Part shown: in pieces, positions 1-8,300 of the stretch
How the letters are laid out: each line of letters begins with the position of its first letter
How positions within the stretch are numbered: the first letter of the stretch is position 1
Sequence record: LR756502.1
DNA: 64,000 nt
Direction: 5' to 3' (one strand)
Position numbers and translations under genes: made by a program
The notes under the pieces: generated by a model
Seen by the model: only the letters and a program-made list of their open reading frames with translations
Told to the model about the DNA's origin: nothing
The model's database searches: none

Positions 1-15
1 TAAAAAAACTTTTCA

Positions 16-372
16 ATGAATAAAAAAATTCACTGTATCATAACCAAATTGATTAGTACTACTACAATAATAGTATCTATACTCTTCACCCCATTTCAAT
101 ATTACTATTGTGGTTTGAATTTCACCTGGGTTAATTTGACCATCTTGATATTAATGTCATTTATGTTCTTTTCGTTTGGGAGGTTTCAACTTCTAAAAAC
201 AAATAACCCACTAAGTAGATATAATCCATTCTCATTACACCCTAGATGGAAAACAAGAATGGATTATAGTATGGAAGAGAAACCTGGTCAACTATATCAA
301 CTTGATGATCCAACAGAAGAAGAGATATTGCAGTTGAATAGAGATAAAAAAATAAATCAGTTACTAAAATAA
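16..372 (+). CDS. Hypothetical membrane protein with C-terminal RxxKIxxLL tail
   Basis: Two hydrophobic N-terminal segments; ends NRDKKINQLLK; TAATG overlap with next gene. Confidence 0.7.
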   Translation: MNKKIHCIITKLISTTTIIVSILFTPFQYYYCGLNFTWVNLTILILMSFMFFSFGRFQLLKTNNPLSRYNPFSLHPRWKTRMDYSMEEKPGQLYQLDDPTEEEILQLNRDKKINQLLK

Positions 373-716
373 TGTCGGATAGTTTTTTTGATAGCTTTAA
401 GTCTGATGGTGTTCCAAAATCAGTCAATAATACCAAAGTAGTGCACTTTAAGAAGGAAGACTATGATGTTTATATTGGTCGTCTACCAGGTGGTAAATAT
501 AATAAGTGGGCTTATCCTAAGGAGTTGAGAGATTCTTTTCCAAAGGGGACACCAAGAAAACAGATAGTAGATGCTTATAGAGACTATGTTCTCTCTAAGC
601 CCGAATTAATTAAGGATTTATGTGAGATAAAGGATAAAGTTCTTGGTTGTTGGTGTAAGCCATCAAAGTCTTGTCATGGTGATATACTTGTTGAATTGAT
701 ATCAAAATATTGCTAA
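372..716 (+). CDS. DUF4326 family protein
   Basis: YDVYIGR, KWAYP, LGCWCKP..CHGDIL motifs. Confidence 0.85.
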   Translation: MSDSFFDSFKSDGVPKSVNNTKVVHFKKEDYDVYIGRLPGGKYNKWAYPKELRDSFPKGTPRKQIVDAYRDYVLSKPELIKDLCEIKDKVLGCWCKPSKSCHGDILVELISKYC

Positions 717-752
717 AATTAAACTAAAATAAACATCTATCATATAAAAAAC

Positions 753-1298
753 GTGTTTAATAAAAACTTTAATATAATCTTAGGTAAAAGATCAAGTGGT
801 AAAACATACCTTCTTTGGGAAATTTCAAAGATTTTTAAATCACTTGGATATAAGATATGTTTTATCGGACTATCTAATGAATTTACTGAGGGTTATGTTG
901 GTGATGATTTTCTAAAACATTTTGATCTTCATCGTAATCTTACAGATATTACTGGGAATAATGACATTAAGATGTTGGAGCTTGTAAAGGAGATAGTTGA
1001 GAGAGATAAGTTTGACTTTATATTTATAGATGATATGCATCTTAATGAAAGGATACATAAACTGATATCTGAAATTGAAGTTAGAAAAGTTTGCACATCA
1101 AACAGTATTAGTTCATCCAAGCAATCTCCAATTAGCTTTGATAAAGATTTTGATACCTATAGTATAAATAATTCTTATGATGATGAAACAATGAAGTCAG
1201 TGTCAATGATACAATATAATGGTTTATTGGTTGGTGAAATTAAAGAATTCCTACTCTCTTTAACAAGAGAATTAAAAATTAATAATGTATTAAAATGA
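753..1298 (+). CDS. Small P-loop NTPase with C-terminal tail
   Basis: GTG start; Walker A GKRSSGKT, Walker B FIFIDD; ends TRELKINNVLK. Confidence 0.7.
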   Translation: MFNKNFNIILGKRSSGKTYLLWEISKIFKSLGYKICFIGLSNEFTEGYVGDDFLKHFDLHRNLTDITGNNDIKMLELVKEIVERDKFDFIFIDDMHLNERIHKLISEIEVRKVCTSNSISSSKQSPISFDKDFDTYSINNSYDDETMKSVSMIQYNGLLVGEIKEFLLSLTRELKINNVLK

Positions 1299-2401
1299 AT
1301 TCAGTAGATAGACAATACCTTGATTTACTAAGACACATATTAGAAAATGGTGTCATAAAAACTGATAGAACCGGCACAGGAACGATTTCTGTGTTTGACT
1401 ACACAATGAGATTCAATATGAGTGAGGGTTTTCCCTTACTAACATCAAAGAAGATGTTTACTAAAGGTGTTATACATGAATTGATTTGGTTCCTTCGAGG
1501 TGATACAAATATTAAGTATCTTGTTGATAACGATGTTCATATTTGGGATGGTGATGCCTATAAGAGTTACCTAAAAAATGTCATTACTTCCTCTAATCCA
1601 TATGATAGAAACATCATATCAATGGATGTGGTTGATGGGATAGGTTCATTTAAGATTGGTGACCCTTTCAGTAAAGAAGAATTTATTGAGAAAATAAAAA
1701 CAGATTCTAGGTTTGCTAAGACATGGGGTGAATTAGGGCCGGTTTATGGTAAGCAGTGGAGAAGATGGGAATATGTTGAGGGTTCGTCTATTAGAGATGT
1801 TTCAAGAAGAGATGGTAGAGTAATACATATAGACCAAATATCAAACCTAATTAACGACCTTAAAAACAATCCAGATTCAAGAAGATTGATGGTATCTGCT
1901 TGGAACGTTGCTGAAATAGACCAAATGACACTACCCCCTTGTCACTATGGATTCCAATGTTATACATCCGAAATAACCACCTTTGAGAGAAAGAAGATAT
2001 ATTGTTTATCCATTAATAAACCAATAGAATATTCTGAGGACTTCGCTGATGTTGAATTGGATACCTTAAATGTTCCAAAAAGAATACTAAGTCTTAAGTG
2101 GAATCAAAGATCAGTTGATACTTTCTTGGGTCTACCATTTAACATCGCTTCTTATGGACTTCTACTACATATTTTAGCTAAAGAGGTCAATATGATACCT
2201 GGTGAATTAATTTTCTCAGGTGGTGATGTTCATCTATATACAAATCACGTTGATCAGGCGAAAGAGCAATTATTGAGACAAACATTTGATTTACCAAATA
2301 TAAAATTAACCAATAAGTCAATAGATAATTTGAAATATGAAGATATACAAATTCTTGATTATAAATCTGATAAAGTATTAAAAGGGGACCTATCAAACTA
2401 A
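1295..2401 (+). CDS. thyA: Thymidylate synthase
   Basis: DRTGTGT, FPLLTSKK, ELIWFLRG, LPPCH, QRSVDTFLGLPFNIASY, GGDVHLY. Confidence 0.97.
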   Translation: MNSVDRQYLDLLRHILENGVIKTDRTGTGTISVFDYTMRFNMSEGFPLLTSKKMFTKGVIHELIWFLRGDTNIKYLVDNDVHIWDGDAYKSYLKNVITSSNPYDRNIISMDVVDGIGSFKIGDPFSKEEFIEKIKTDSRFAKTWGELGPVYGKQWRRWEYVEGSSIRDVSRRDGRVIHIDQISNLINDLKNNPDSRRLMVSAWNVAEIDQMTLPPCHYGFQCYTSEITTFERKKIYCLSINKPIEYSEDFADVELDTLNVPKRILSLKWNQRSVDTFLGLPFNIASYGLLLHILAKEVNMIPGELIFSGGDVHLYTNHVDQAKEQLLRQTFDLPNIKLTNKSIDNLKYEDIQILDYKSDKVLKGDLSN

Positions 2402-2688
2402 TGAAGTATATTTCCGATATAGTGAGTTCATTTAATGATCATTTTGATATCGATCATCAAAAAGATTTTGAATCATCTGTTATTGAGTTTATAATAAGTA
2501 AGTATGGAATAAAATTTGTTGTTGATACTTTAACTGAGAAGGAGTTTAAAAGAAGACATCAGATAGGACATAAAACGGATACATTTGTTATGAAGCTTCT
2601 TCGAAACAAGAAGATGGAAATAAAATCAGAAATAGAAAGTGAATTAAAAATATACATAAGAGAACAAAAACTAAATCAAATTTTATGA
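2401..2688 (+). CDS. Hypothetical protein with C-terminal tail
   Basis: Coupled to thyA by TAATG; ends IREQKLNQIL. Confidence 0.75.
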   Translation: MKYISDIVSSFNDHFDIDHQKDFESSVIEFIISKYGIKFVVDTLTEKEFKRRHQIGHKTDTFVMKLLRNKKMEIKSEIESELKIYIREQKLNQIL

Positions 2689-2885
2689 CAACGAAAAAAA
2701 TGGAACCAGGATCAGTAAACATGAAAGAGATTGTCGAATCAATTAAGACAATTGAAGTATTAACAAGTCAGTATAAAAAAAAGAGACTTAGTACTGATAA
2801 ATATCTTTCTCTGATGAATGAAAGTCTTTCTAATCTTACTAGTCAAAGAAACTATCTAGAATATCTTAAAAATATAGGACAATGA
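2685..2885 (+). CDS. Hypothetical protein
   Basis: ATGA overlaps at both ends; 66 aa. Confidence 0.65.
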   Translation: MTTKKMEPGSVNMKEIVESIKTIEVLTSQYKKKRLSTDKYLSLMNESLSNLTSQRNYLEYLKNIGQ

Positions 2886-3166
2886 TAACATTTTATTTAG
2901 CAACAATAGTATTTATGTTTATAACATGGATATTATTTTTATATGGATCAATATCTAAAAAGATAAATAGGTCCACAATGTATGGTTTTTTGGCCATCTC
3001 ATACTTATCTTATGCACTTTCCTCACAGATGATGGGTAAGTCCTGGTGGCTTAGTCTATTGCTATCAATAGTTTTTATGATAACTTATTCCACTTATAAG
3101 AAAATAGAAAACATTCGCTCAGAAAATGATATAAATAAAAAAGAAGAAAATTCTAATGAGCTCTAG
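2882..3166 (+). CDS. Small membrane protein
   Basis: Three hydrophobic segments; operon coupling. Confidence 0.7.
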   Translation: MITFYLATIVFMFITWILFLYGSISKKINRSTMYGFLAISYLSYALSSQMMGKSWWLSLLLSIVFMITYSTYKKIENIRSENDINKKEENSNEL

Positions 3167-3653
3167 TTTACAAAAAGGTCAATCTATATACGAACAATTA
3201 CAGGAACAAGTAAAAGATATAGATACTTCGAATCTATCAGATGATGTGTCGAGTGAGGTGATATCTACTGTTACCGAAGAGCAAAAGATATATTTTTGGA
3301 CAAGGTTGTATCTAAGAGACGAAAATCCAAATATTGAAATTGGTGATGATATTATAATGTCATACACACCATCTGGTGAGGAATTAAAGGCTAAATTTGT
3401 TTGCTTTGAAAAGAAAGGCCTTGGTAGGGAACAAACAGATGATGTAACATCTTATAATACAGAGGATGATAAAAAGGCTTTGTGTCTTATGATTGATTCT
3501 AAGGATGTTAATTACTCTGATCAAATACCATTTATTAGAACACTATTTAAGACAGGATTTCATTATGACTATCAATTGGTTAAAAGAGATGAGCTTATTT
3601 TTGTTCTTGAGAAGTCTGGTATAATGTTGGATTATTATGATGTAGACTTCTAA
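3156..3653 (+). CDS. Hypothetical protein
   Basis: 165-aa ORF ending the operon, convergent with next gene. Confidence 0.75.
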   Translation: MSSSLQKGQSIYEQLQEQVKDIDTSNLSDDVSSEVISTVTEEQKIYFWTRLYLRDENPNIEIGDDIIMSYTPSGEELKAKFVCFEKKGLGREQTDDVTSYNTEDDKKALCLMIDSKDVNYSDQIPFIRTLFKTGFHYDYQLVKRDELIFVLEKSGIMLDYYDVDF

Positions 3654-5161
3654 TTACATTCATAGCAGTCTACCATACCATGATCACATCTATCACAATC
3701 AAAATATCCAGATCCTTCACACTCTGAGCAATCTACTTTACCGGTACCATCACACTCTCGGCAATTTATTGGTTCTCCATCATCATCTGGCTCTTTACCA
3801 CTACCATCACAATCCGGGCAATCTACCTTACCCTCGTCACAATCACAACCAACTCTTCCATTGTCACACTCTTCACATGGGAAAGATCCACTACCACCAC
3901 AACAATCACAGGTGCCATTTCCACCATTTGTGTCTTCTAGATAGAAATCATATCCAACTGTAGATGAATTTGATATTGTTCCATTATGTGAGTAGTATTT
4001 CATTGTGTCCATATATGGGTAGTAATCAAAATTGTTCTTATCTAGTTTGACAATTATCTTGCCTTCAATTGCCTCTCCGTTGAGTAATATTGTTGTGCTT
4101 TCTGAATTTTCTTGTTTCTCTTTGTACAACCATCCATTAATAATTGCGTATTGCTTAAATAGTTCAACATCGGACTCTTTTGTGAAGTATACTCTATCCA
4201 TGAATGTTCTTCCCTTTATATCTTTCCATAGTATTGCTCTTCCTCTTATCTTTGTTTCTTCCACAACAATTTTTGTTTCCCCTGTATTTTCGTCTATTAC
4301 CTCAATACTACCTGGTTCATTCTTAAGAATTATCATTGATACTTGTTCTGGATTTTCTACATATATTGAGAAGAATTTTTGACATTTTGGATATTTCATA
4401 CAAGATCCGTTAAGTGTTCCTCCTGCTTCTGATACATATCTATCTTCGTGATACCATCTTCTAATATCTTCGCCCTTTACTATTTCAAATAATCTAAAAA
4501 CATCTTTCTCAATTTCAATTCTGGATCTAAACTGATTAACAAATTCTTCTATTTCCTTGTCAGAAACTTTTATACCTGATTTATCTAATATTCTTTTTGT
4601 GAATCTGCCTATTTTTATCTCACTCTTTGGTAGATTTGCAATATCTGATTTTAAACCATTGCTATTTATTAGTACTTCATATTCTTCTCCATCTTCTATA
4701 AACTTAAAAACCATCACAAAAAGTCCGTCCTCATATCTTTTATTCCAATATCCTTCCGCTTTGTATAAATCCTCTATTTCATTTAATGATATTTTTCTAG
4801 CTGATCCGGATTGTCCACTATTTGGAACCTTTGACTTCTTAATTCCTAGTTTCCCTTCTTGTATAGCTTTCCTTGATAGACCATCATATATATGGTCACC
4901 CAAACTACCAATATATGTATATTTTATTTCTTTAGCTCTATTGTCTGGTGTGAATGCGACCGTATCATCTTTATCGGTTAGGTCTATATAGTTTGTATTA
5001 ACATCAACCTCTTTACCTACTAAGTCACTCAATTGTTTAGCTATTGGTGATTTGATCTTAGAAAGTATACTAACGAACCTATCAGAGAAGTTAATATTGG
5101 CTTCTAGGATAATAGATATATTACTTTCTGATATGAAGTCTATATAGTTATTAATTTTCAT
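3650..5161 (-). CDS. SCM-motif domain protein with C-terminal DnaJ-type CxxCxGxG zinc-finger repeats; CTS-like N-terminus
   Basis: MKINNYIDFISE; GTLNGSCMKY, GRAILW, FMDRVY, YYPYMDT; CDCCGGSG, CPDCDGSG, CRECDGTG, CSECEGSG. Confidence 0.75.
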   Translation of the reverse strand: MKINNYIDFISESNISIILEANINFSDRFVSILSKIKSPIAKQLSDLVGKEVDVNTNYIDLTDKDDTVAFTPDNRAKEIKYTYIGSLGDHIYDGLSRKAIQEGKLGIKKSKVPNSGQSGSARKISLNEIEDLYKAEGYWNKRYEDGLFVMVFKFIEDGEEYEVLINSNGLKSDIANLPKSEIKIGRFTKRILDKSGIKVSDKEIEEFVNQFRSRIEIEKDVFRLFEIVKGEDIRRWYHEDRYVSEAGGTLNGSCMKYPKCQKFFSIYVENPEQVSMIILKNEPGSIEVIDENTGETKIVVEETKIRGRAILWKDIKGRTFMDRVYFTKESDVELFKQYAIINGWLYKEKQENSESTTILLNGEAIEGKIIVKLDKNNFDYYPYMDTMKYYSHNGTISNSSTVGYDFYLEDTNGGNGTCDCCGGSGSFPCEECDNGRVGCDCDEGKVDCPDCDGSGKEPDDDGEPINCRECDGTGKVDCSECEGSGYFDCDRCDHGMVDCYECN

Positions 5162-5166
5162 TATTG

Positions 5167-5175
5167 TATATATTA
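5167..5175 (-). promoter_or_regulatory. Putative late promoter TAATATATA
   Basis: 5 nt before ATG 5161. Confidence 0.7.
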
Positions 5176-5199
5176 TTATATTTTTATAATAATGAATAA

Positions 5200-5230
5200 A
5201 AAAAGAGACTAAAAAATTTAGTCTCTTTTT
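5200..5230 (-). terminator. Intrinsic terminator
   Basis: AAAAAGAGACTAAA-AAA-TTTAGTCTCTTTTT hairpin downstream of 5250..5723. Confidence 0.75.
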
Positions 5231-5249
5231 AAATAAGTTTAGTTATTGA

Positions 5250-5723
5250 TTATTTAAATCTCACACTTTCTACTTTTGAACTAGGTGTGATTGGTTTTCT
5301 TTCAGTTTTAATAGCTGATTGATGTATTCCAGATGATGCTCCAGCTTTAAGTTTTTCAAATCCTGTTCTTGTATCATATGCTAGTTTTTCAAATATCTCA
5401 TTTTTAAGAGTTGTTCTTACCGCTGTATAATCAGCATCTATCTTAGATATGCCTAATAGACCAAGTAGTTCTTTTTGACAAAATATATCTAACTTAGCCA
5501 TAAGTGACTTTTGAATACCATCTAATGATTTTTGAGTCTCTGGATTTTTTTGATCTAAAGCAGATTCAGCAGCTTTCAATTTTGCAAATTCGTCTTTATT
5601 ATCATTTTTGAATTTATCTTTTGCTTTTCCAATCTTTCCTTTAAGGAACTCAAAAGCCTCGTCTACATTTTGTCTGTCAAGATTTTCGGTAGAGAATCCT
5701 TCAAAAGTTTTTAAGTGTTTCAT
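5250..5723 (-). CDS. Putative virion internal protein (CTS-like N-terminus)
   Basis: MKHLKTFEGFSTE; TAATATATA at 5749-5757. Confidence 0.7.
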   Translation of the reverse strand: MKHLKTFEGFSTENLDRQNVDEAFEFLKGKIGKAKDKFKNDNKDEFAKLKAAESALDQKNPETQKSLDGIQKSLMAKLDIFCQKELLGLLGISKIDADYTAVRTTLKNEIFEKLAYDTRTGFEKLKAGASSGIHQSAIKTERKPITPSSKVESVRFK

Positions 5724-5748
5724 GTGAATCTAATTATATTTTGTAACA

Positions 5749-5757
5749 TATATATTA
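5749..5757 (-). promoter_or_regulatory. Putative late promoter TAATATATA
   Basis: Upstream of 5723. Confidence 0.7.
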
Positions 5758-5802
5758 AAGCCATAAAGTCATTTTTTGATAATGTCTTAACTAATTAGTT
5801 TT

Positions 5803-5828
5803 AAACTTTTATAGTCTATTATGTATAA
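5803..5828 (+). promoter_or_regulatory. Putative middle promoter AAAC..TATAA (21-nt offset)
   Basis: Upstream of the DNA polymerase subunit; same geometry at 721, 8268, 11351, 12733, 25788, 47921 (+) and 38831, 55745 (-). Confidence 0.45.
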
Positions 5829-5852
5829 ATAATACAAAAATAAATTAATAAT

Positions 5853-7391
5853 TTGTTAGTCGATACACAATATTTAACAAATAGTAAGCGATTGGTTGTA
5901 AGCTATGTTGATAAGACTGGTGATATAAAGCTCAAGTATTATGAGTGGGAAAATCCCATGAAATATATTACATGTGAGGACAATGATAAAGAAAAACACC
6001 CACAGTTTAGATCTTGGGATGGAAAATCTGTTAAACAAATTGAAGTAAATCATCCAGATAGATATGCTATTTATGAGTTTCTTGATTCTCTGCCTGAATC
6101 AGAAAGAGAAGAAATATTCGAATTTAATCTACCAAAAACATATTTTATTGATATAGAAACAGAGATAGTTGATGGGTTTCCAGAGGCTGCTGATGTTAAA
6201 GATGCTTTGGGTAATGTTATAAAAGAGGGAGCTTGTACAAAAGTTTTATCTGTATCAATTGTATATGATGATAAGATTATATTACTTGGATTAAAAGACA
6301 TGCCTGACGATATGCAGGAAAGAATACGTGTAAATACAAATAAATATTTTGAAAAATATAAATCGGATTATAAATTCAAGTACATAAAGTATGAGGATGA
6401 GTTTGATATGTTGTATGCTTTCTTCTACAAGATGGTCCCTAAAATGCCATTGATAACTGGGTGGAACTTCCTTAACTATGACTGGTTATATCTTGTTAAT
6501 CGTTCTAGAAAGATAAGTAAGTTTGTAAATGGTAGAGAATATAAAATAGATCCTGCAGTTTCTTCTTTAACAAAAAGACTTAATAAGATATGGTCTACTG
6601 AATTTGAAGTACCTGCTCATAGAATGATATTTGATTACATGCAGTTATATGAAGTGTGTGATACATCCATTAAGGTTAAGGAATCATCATCACTTGACTT
6701 CGTTTCTAGTAAGCTTGTTGGTGTTGAGAAGATTAAGTACACTGGATCATTACAGAAATTATATGAGGATGACTTTGAAACATTTATGTACTATAACGCG
6801 GTCGATTCGGTCTTAGTTCAAAAGATACATGAGTCCAGAAATTATATATCAATTATATATGCGATATCCGCCTTGGCTAAAATAAGAATTGTTGATGTTG
6901 TTTCTCAGATGAATAATGCTCTTGGATCACTCGCAATAACTGAGGGAGTTCTTCGAAATAGATTTAGGGAAATGGATAATATAGTTCTATTTAAGGGTGA
7001 AAAGTCTGATGGTGAAGCTACAATTGCTGGTGGTTGGGTTAAAGACCCGATTGTTGGTATGAATCAATGGTGTGTTACTTATGACTTTGCCTCACTTTAC
7101 CCAACCACACAAAGGCAATTTTTTATTGCTCCAGAAACATTTATTGGTGTTCGTGATGTTAAAAATCCTGAGTATTGTGATAACGGAAGAAAGATAGAAT
7201 TGGATAAGCATGTTATTTGTGTTAATGGTGTTGTCTTTGAAAAGAGACTATCTCCAACTTTAAGAATGCTTGAGGATGTCTATGCTGATAGAAAGAGGAA
7301 TAAAAATATTATGATGGATAAGAAGGATGAGCTTAAGAAGATAGAGGATGAAATTAAATCTATGGAACTTGAGCTAAATGGTTCTATTTAA
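5853..7391 (+). CDS. Family B DNA polymerase, N-terminal subunit (3'-5' exonuclease plus motif A) of a split enzyme
   Basis: TTG start; ExoI FIDIETE, ExoII GWNFLNYD, ExoIII YNAVD, motif A YDFASLYP; stops in the fingers before KxxxNSxYG and YGDTDS. Confidence 0.88.
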   Translation: MLVDTQYLTNSKRLVVSYVDKTGDIKLKYYEWENPMKYITCEDNDKEKHPQFRSWDGKSVKQIEVNHPDRYAIYEFLDSLPESEREEIFEFNLPKTYFIDIETEIVDGFPEAADVKDALGNVIKEGACTKVLSVSIVYDDKIILLGLKDMPDDMQERIRVNTNKYFEKYKSDYKFKYIKYEDEFDMLYAFFYKMVPKMPLITGWNFLNYDWLYLVNRSRKISKFVNGREYKIDPAVSSLTKRLNKIWSTEFEVPAHRMIFDYMQLYEVCDTSIKVKESSSLDFVSSKLVGVEKIKYTGSLQKLYEDDFETFMYYNAVDSVLVQKIHESRNYISIIYAISALAKIRIVDVVSQMNNALGSLAITEGVLRNRFREMDNIVLFKGEKSDGEATIAGGWVKDPIVGMNQWCVTYDFASLYPTTQRQFFIAPETFIGVRDVKNPEYCDNGRKIELDKHVICVNGVVFEKRLSPTLRMLEDVYADRKRNKNIMMDKKDELKKIEDEIKSMELELNGSI

Positions 7392-8037
7392 CTTTTGTCA
7401 CTGTAAACTCTATATCTGGTAATTCTTTTTTAACAATTCTCTCAACTCTATTTACAACCTTTGAGTTATCATCAAAAAAGTGTGCCTTTTTGAATCCAGT
7501 CTCTCTTATTAAATCTACAATTTTGTAACCTTTCCAAAGCCCTGGATTGCCAGATCCTTTACCGGCTGGAAACATATGTAGTCCATATTTTGGCTTTTCT
7601 AACCCAAGAGACTCCATAGTTTCCCCTACTTTCTCTCTCATATCTTCTGGTCTAGCCGTTACAATACATTTATCTTCAACATCATTATACATTTTTGATA
7701 GATCCTTTACTTTTTTTGGTAGACTTATATCAGTGAATGGAAATCTATGTGGTGTTAGTAGATATACCCTTTTATTTTTCCTTTTCCAATTTCCAATTAT
7801 ATTTAGTTTAAATTCTGGATCTTCAACATAAAGCCTGCCATTCTCCCACTTAATATCCGATAGCTTGGATCCTATCCTATCCACTGATATTTGTAGCATG
7901 TCTTTTATAGTTATGTTTTCTTTAAGAAACTCAATTGATAATTCCTCAAATGTTGGTGTCTTAACAAGTGTTTCATCAAAATCAAATATGTATAAGATAT
8001 CTGACTTAAAGCTTTCAAATTTTTTAATCCTCATCAT
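7384..8037 (-). CDS. HAD-superfamily phosphatase, CTS-like N-terminus
   Basis: MMRIKKFESF; YIFDFDETL, VTAR, HFFDD; start placed at the MMR codons rather than 8049. Confidence 0.75.
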   Translation of the reverse strand: MMRIKKFESFKSDILYIFDFDETLVKTPTFEELSIEFLKENITIKDMLQISVDRIGSKLSDIKWENGRLYVEDPEFKLNIIGNWKRKNKRVYLLTPHRFPFTDISLPKKVKDLSKMYNDVEDKCIVTARPEDMREKVGETMESLGLEKPKYGLHMFPAGKGSGNPGLWKGYKIVDLIRETGFKKAHFFDDNSKVVNRVERIVKKELPDIEFTVTKVK

Positions 8038-8209
8038 TGAATAATTCATTTATAATATTTGTATATCCGACTCCAAATCTTTCTATGCACATACTATATA
8101 TTTCATCCTTATCCTCAATTCCTTCGATAATAATCGATTCTATGTATTTCTCAACGTCGCTACTGTCAGAATATATTCCAAAATCATCATAATCTATTAT
8201 AATATTCAT
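8024..8209 (-). CDS. Small acidic hypothetical protein
   Basis: TAATATATA at 8230-8238; overlaps downstream gene start. Confidence 0.65.
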   Translation of the reverse strand: MNIIIDYDDFGIYSDSSDVEKYIESIIIEGIEDKDEIYSMCIERFGVGYTNIINELFNDED

Positions 8210-8229
8210 TATTTTTCCTTATTTTTAAT

Positions 8230-8238
8230 TATATATTA
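8230..8238 (-). promoter_or_regulatory. Putative late promoter TAATATATA
   Basis: Upstream of 8209. Confidence 0.65.
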
Positions 8239-8300
8239 TAAAAAACCACACAAAATTCTAATTTTCCAAACAAAGTTGAATTATTTGATATAATTTTCAT

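Noticed and set aside
4032-4991. Track ORFs 4032..4382 and 4557..4991 (+)
   Set aside because: Antisense shadows of 3650..5161, with S/L/F/I-rich composition and no expression signals. The same applies to most short opposite-strand track ORFs (e.g. 10884..11300, 20275..20652, 25117..25425, 40176..40712, 51347..51643).
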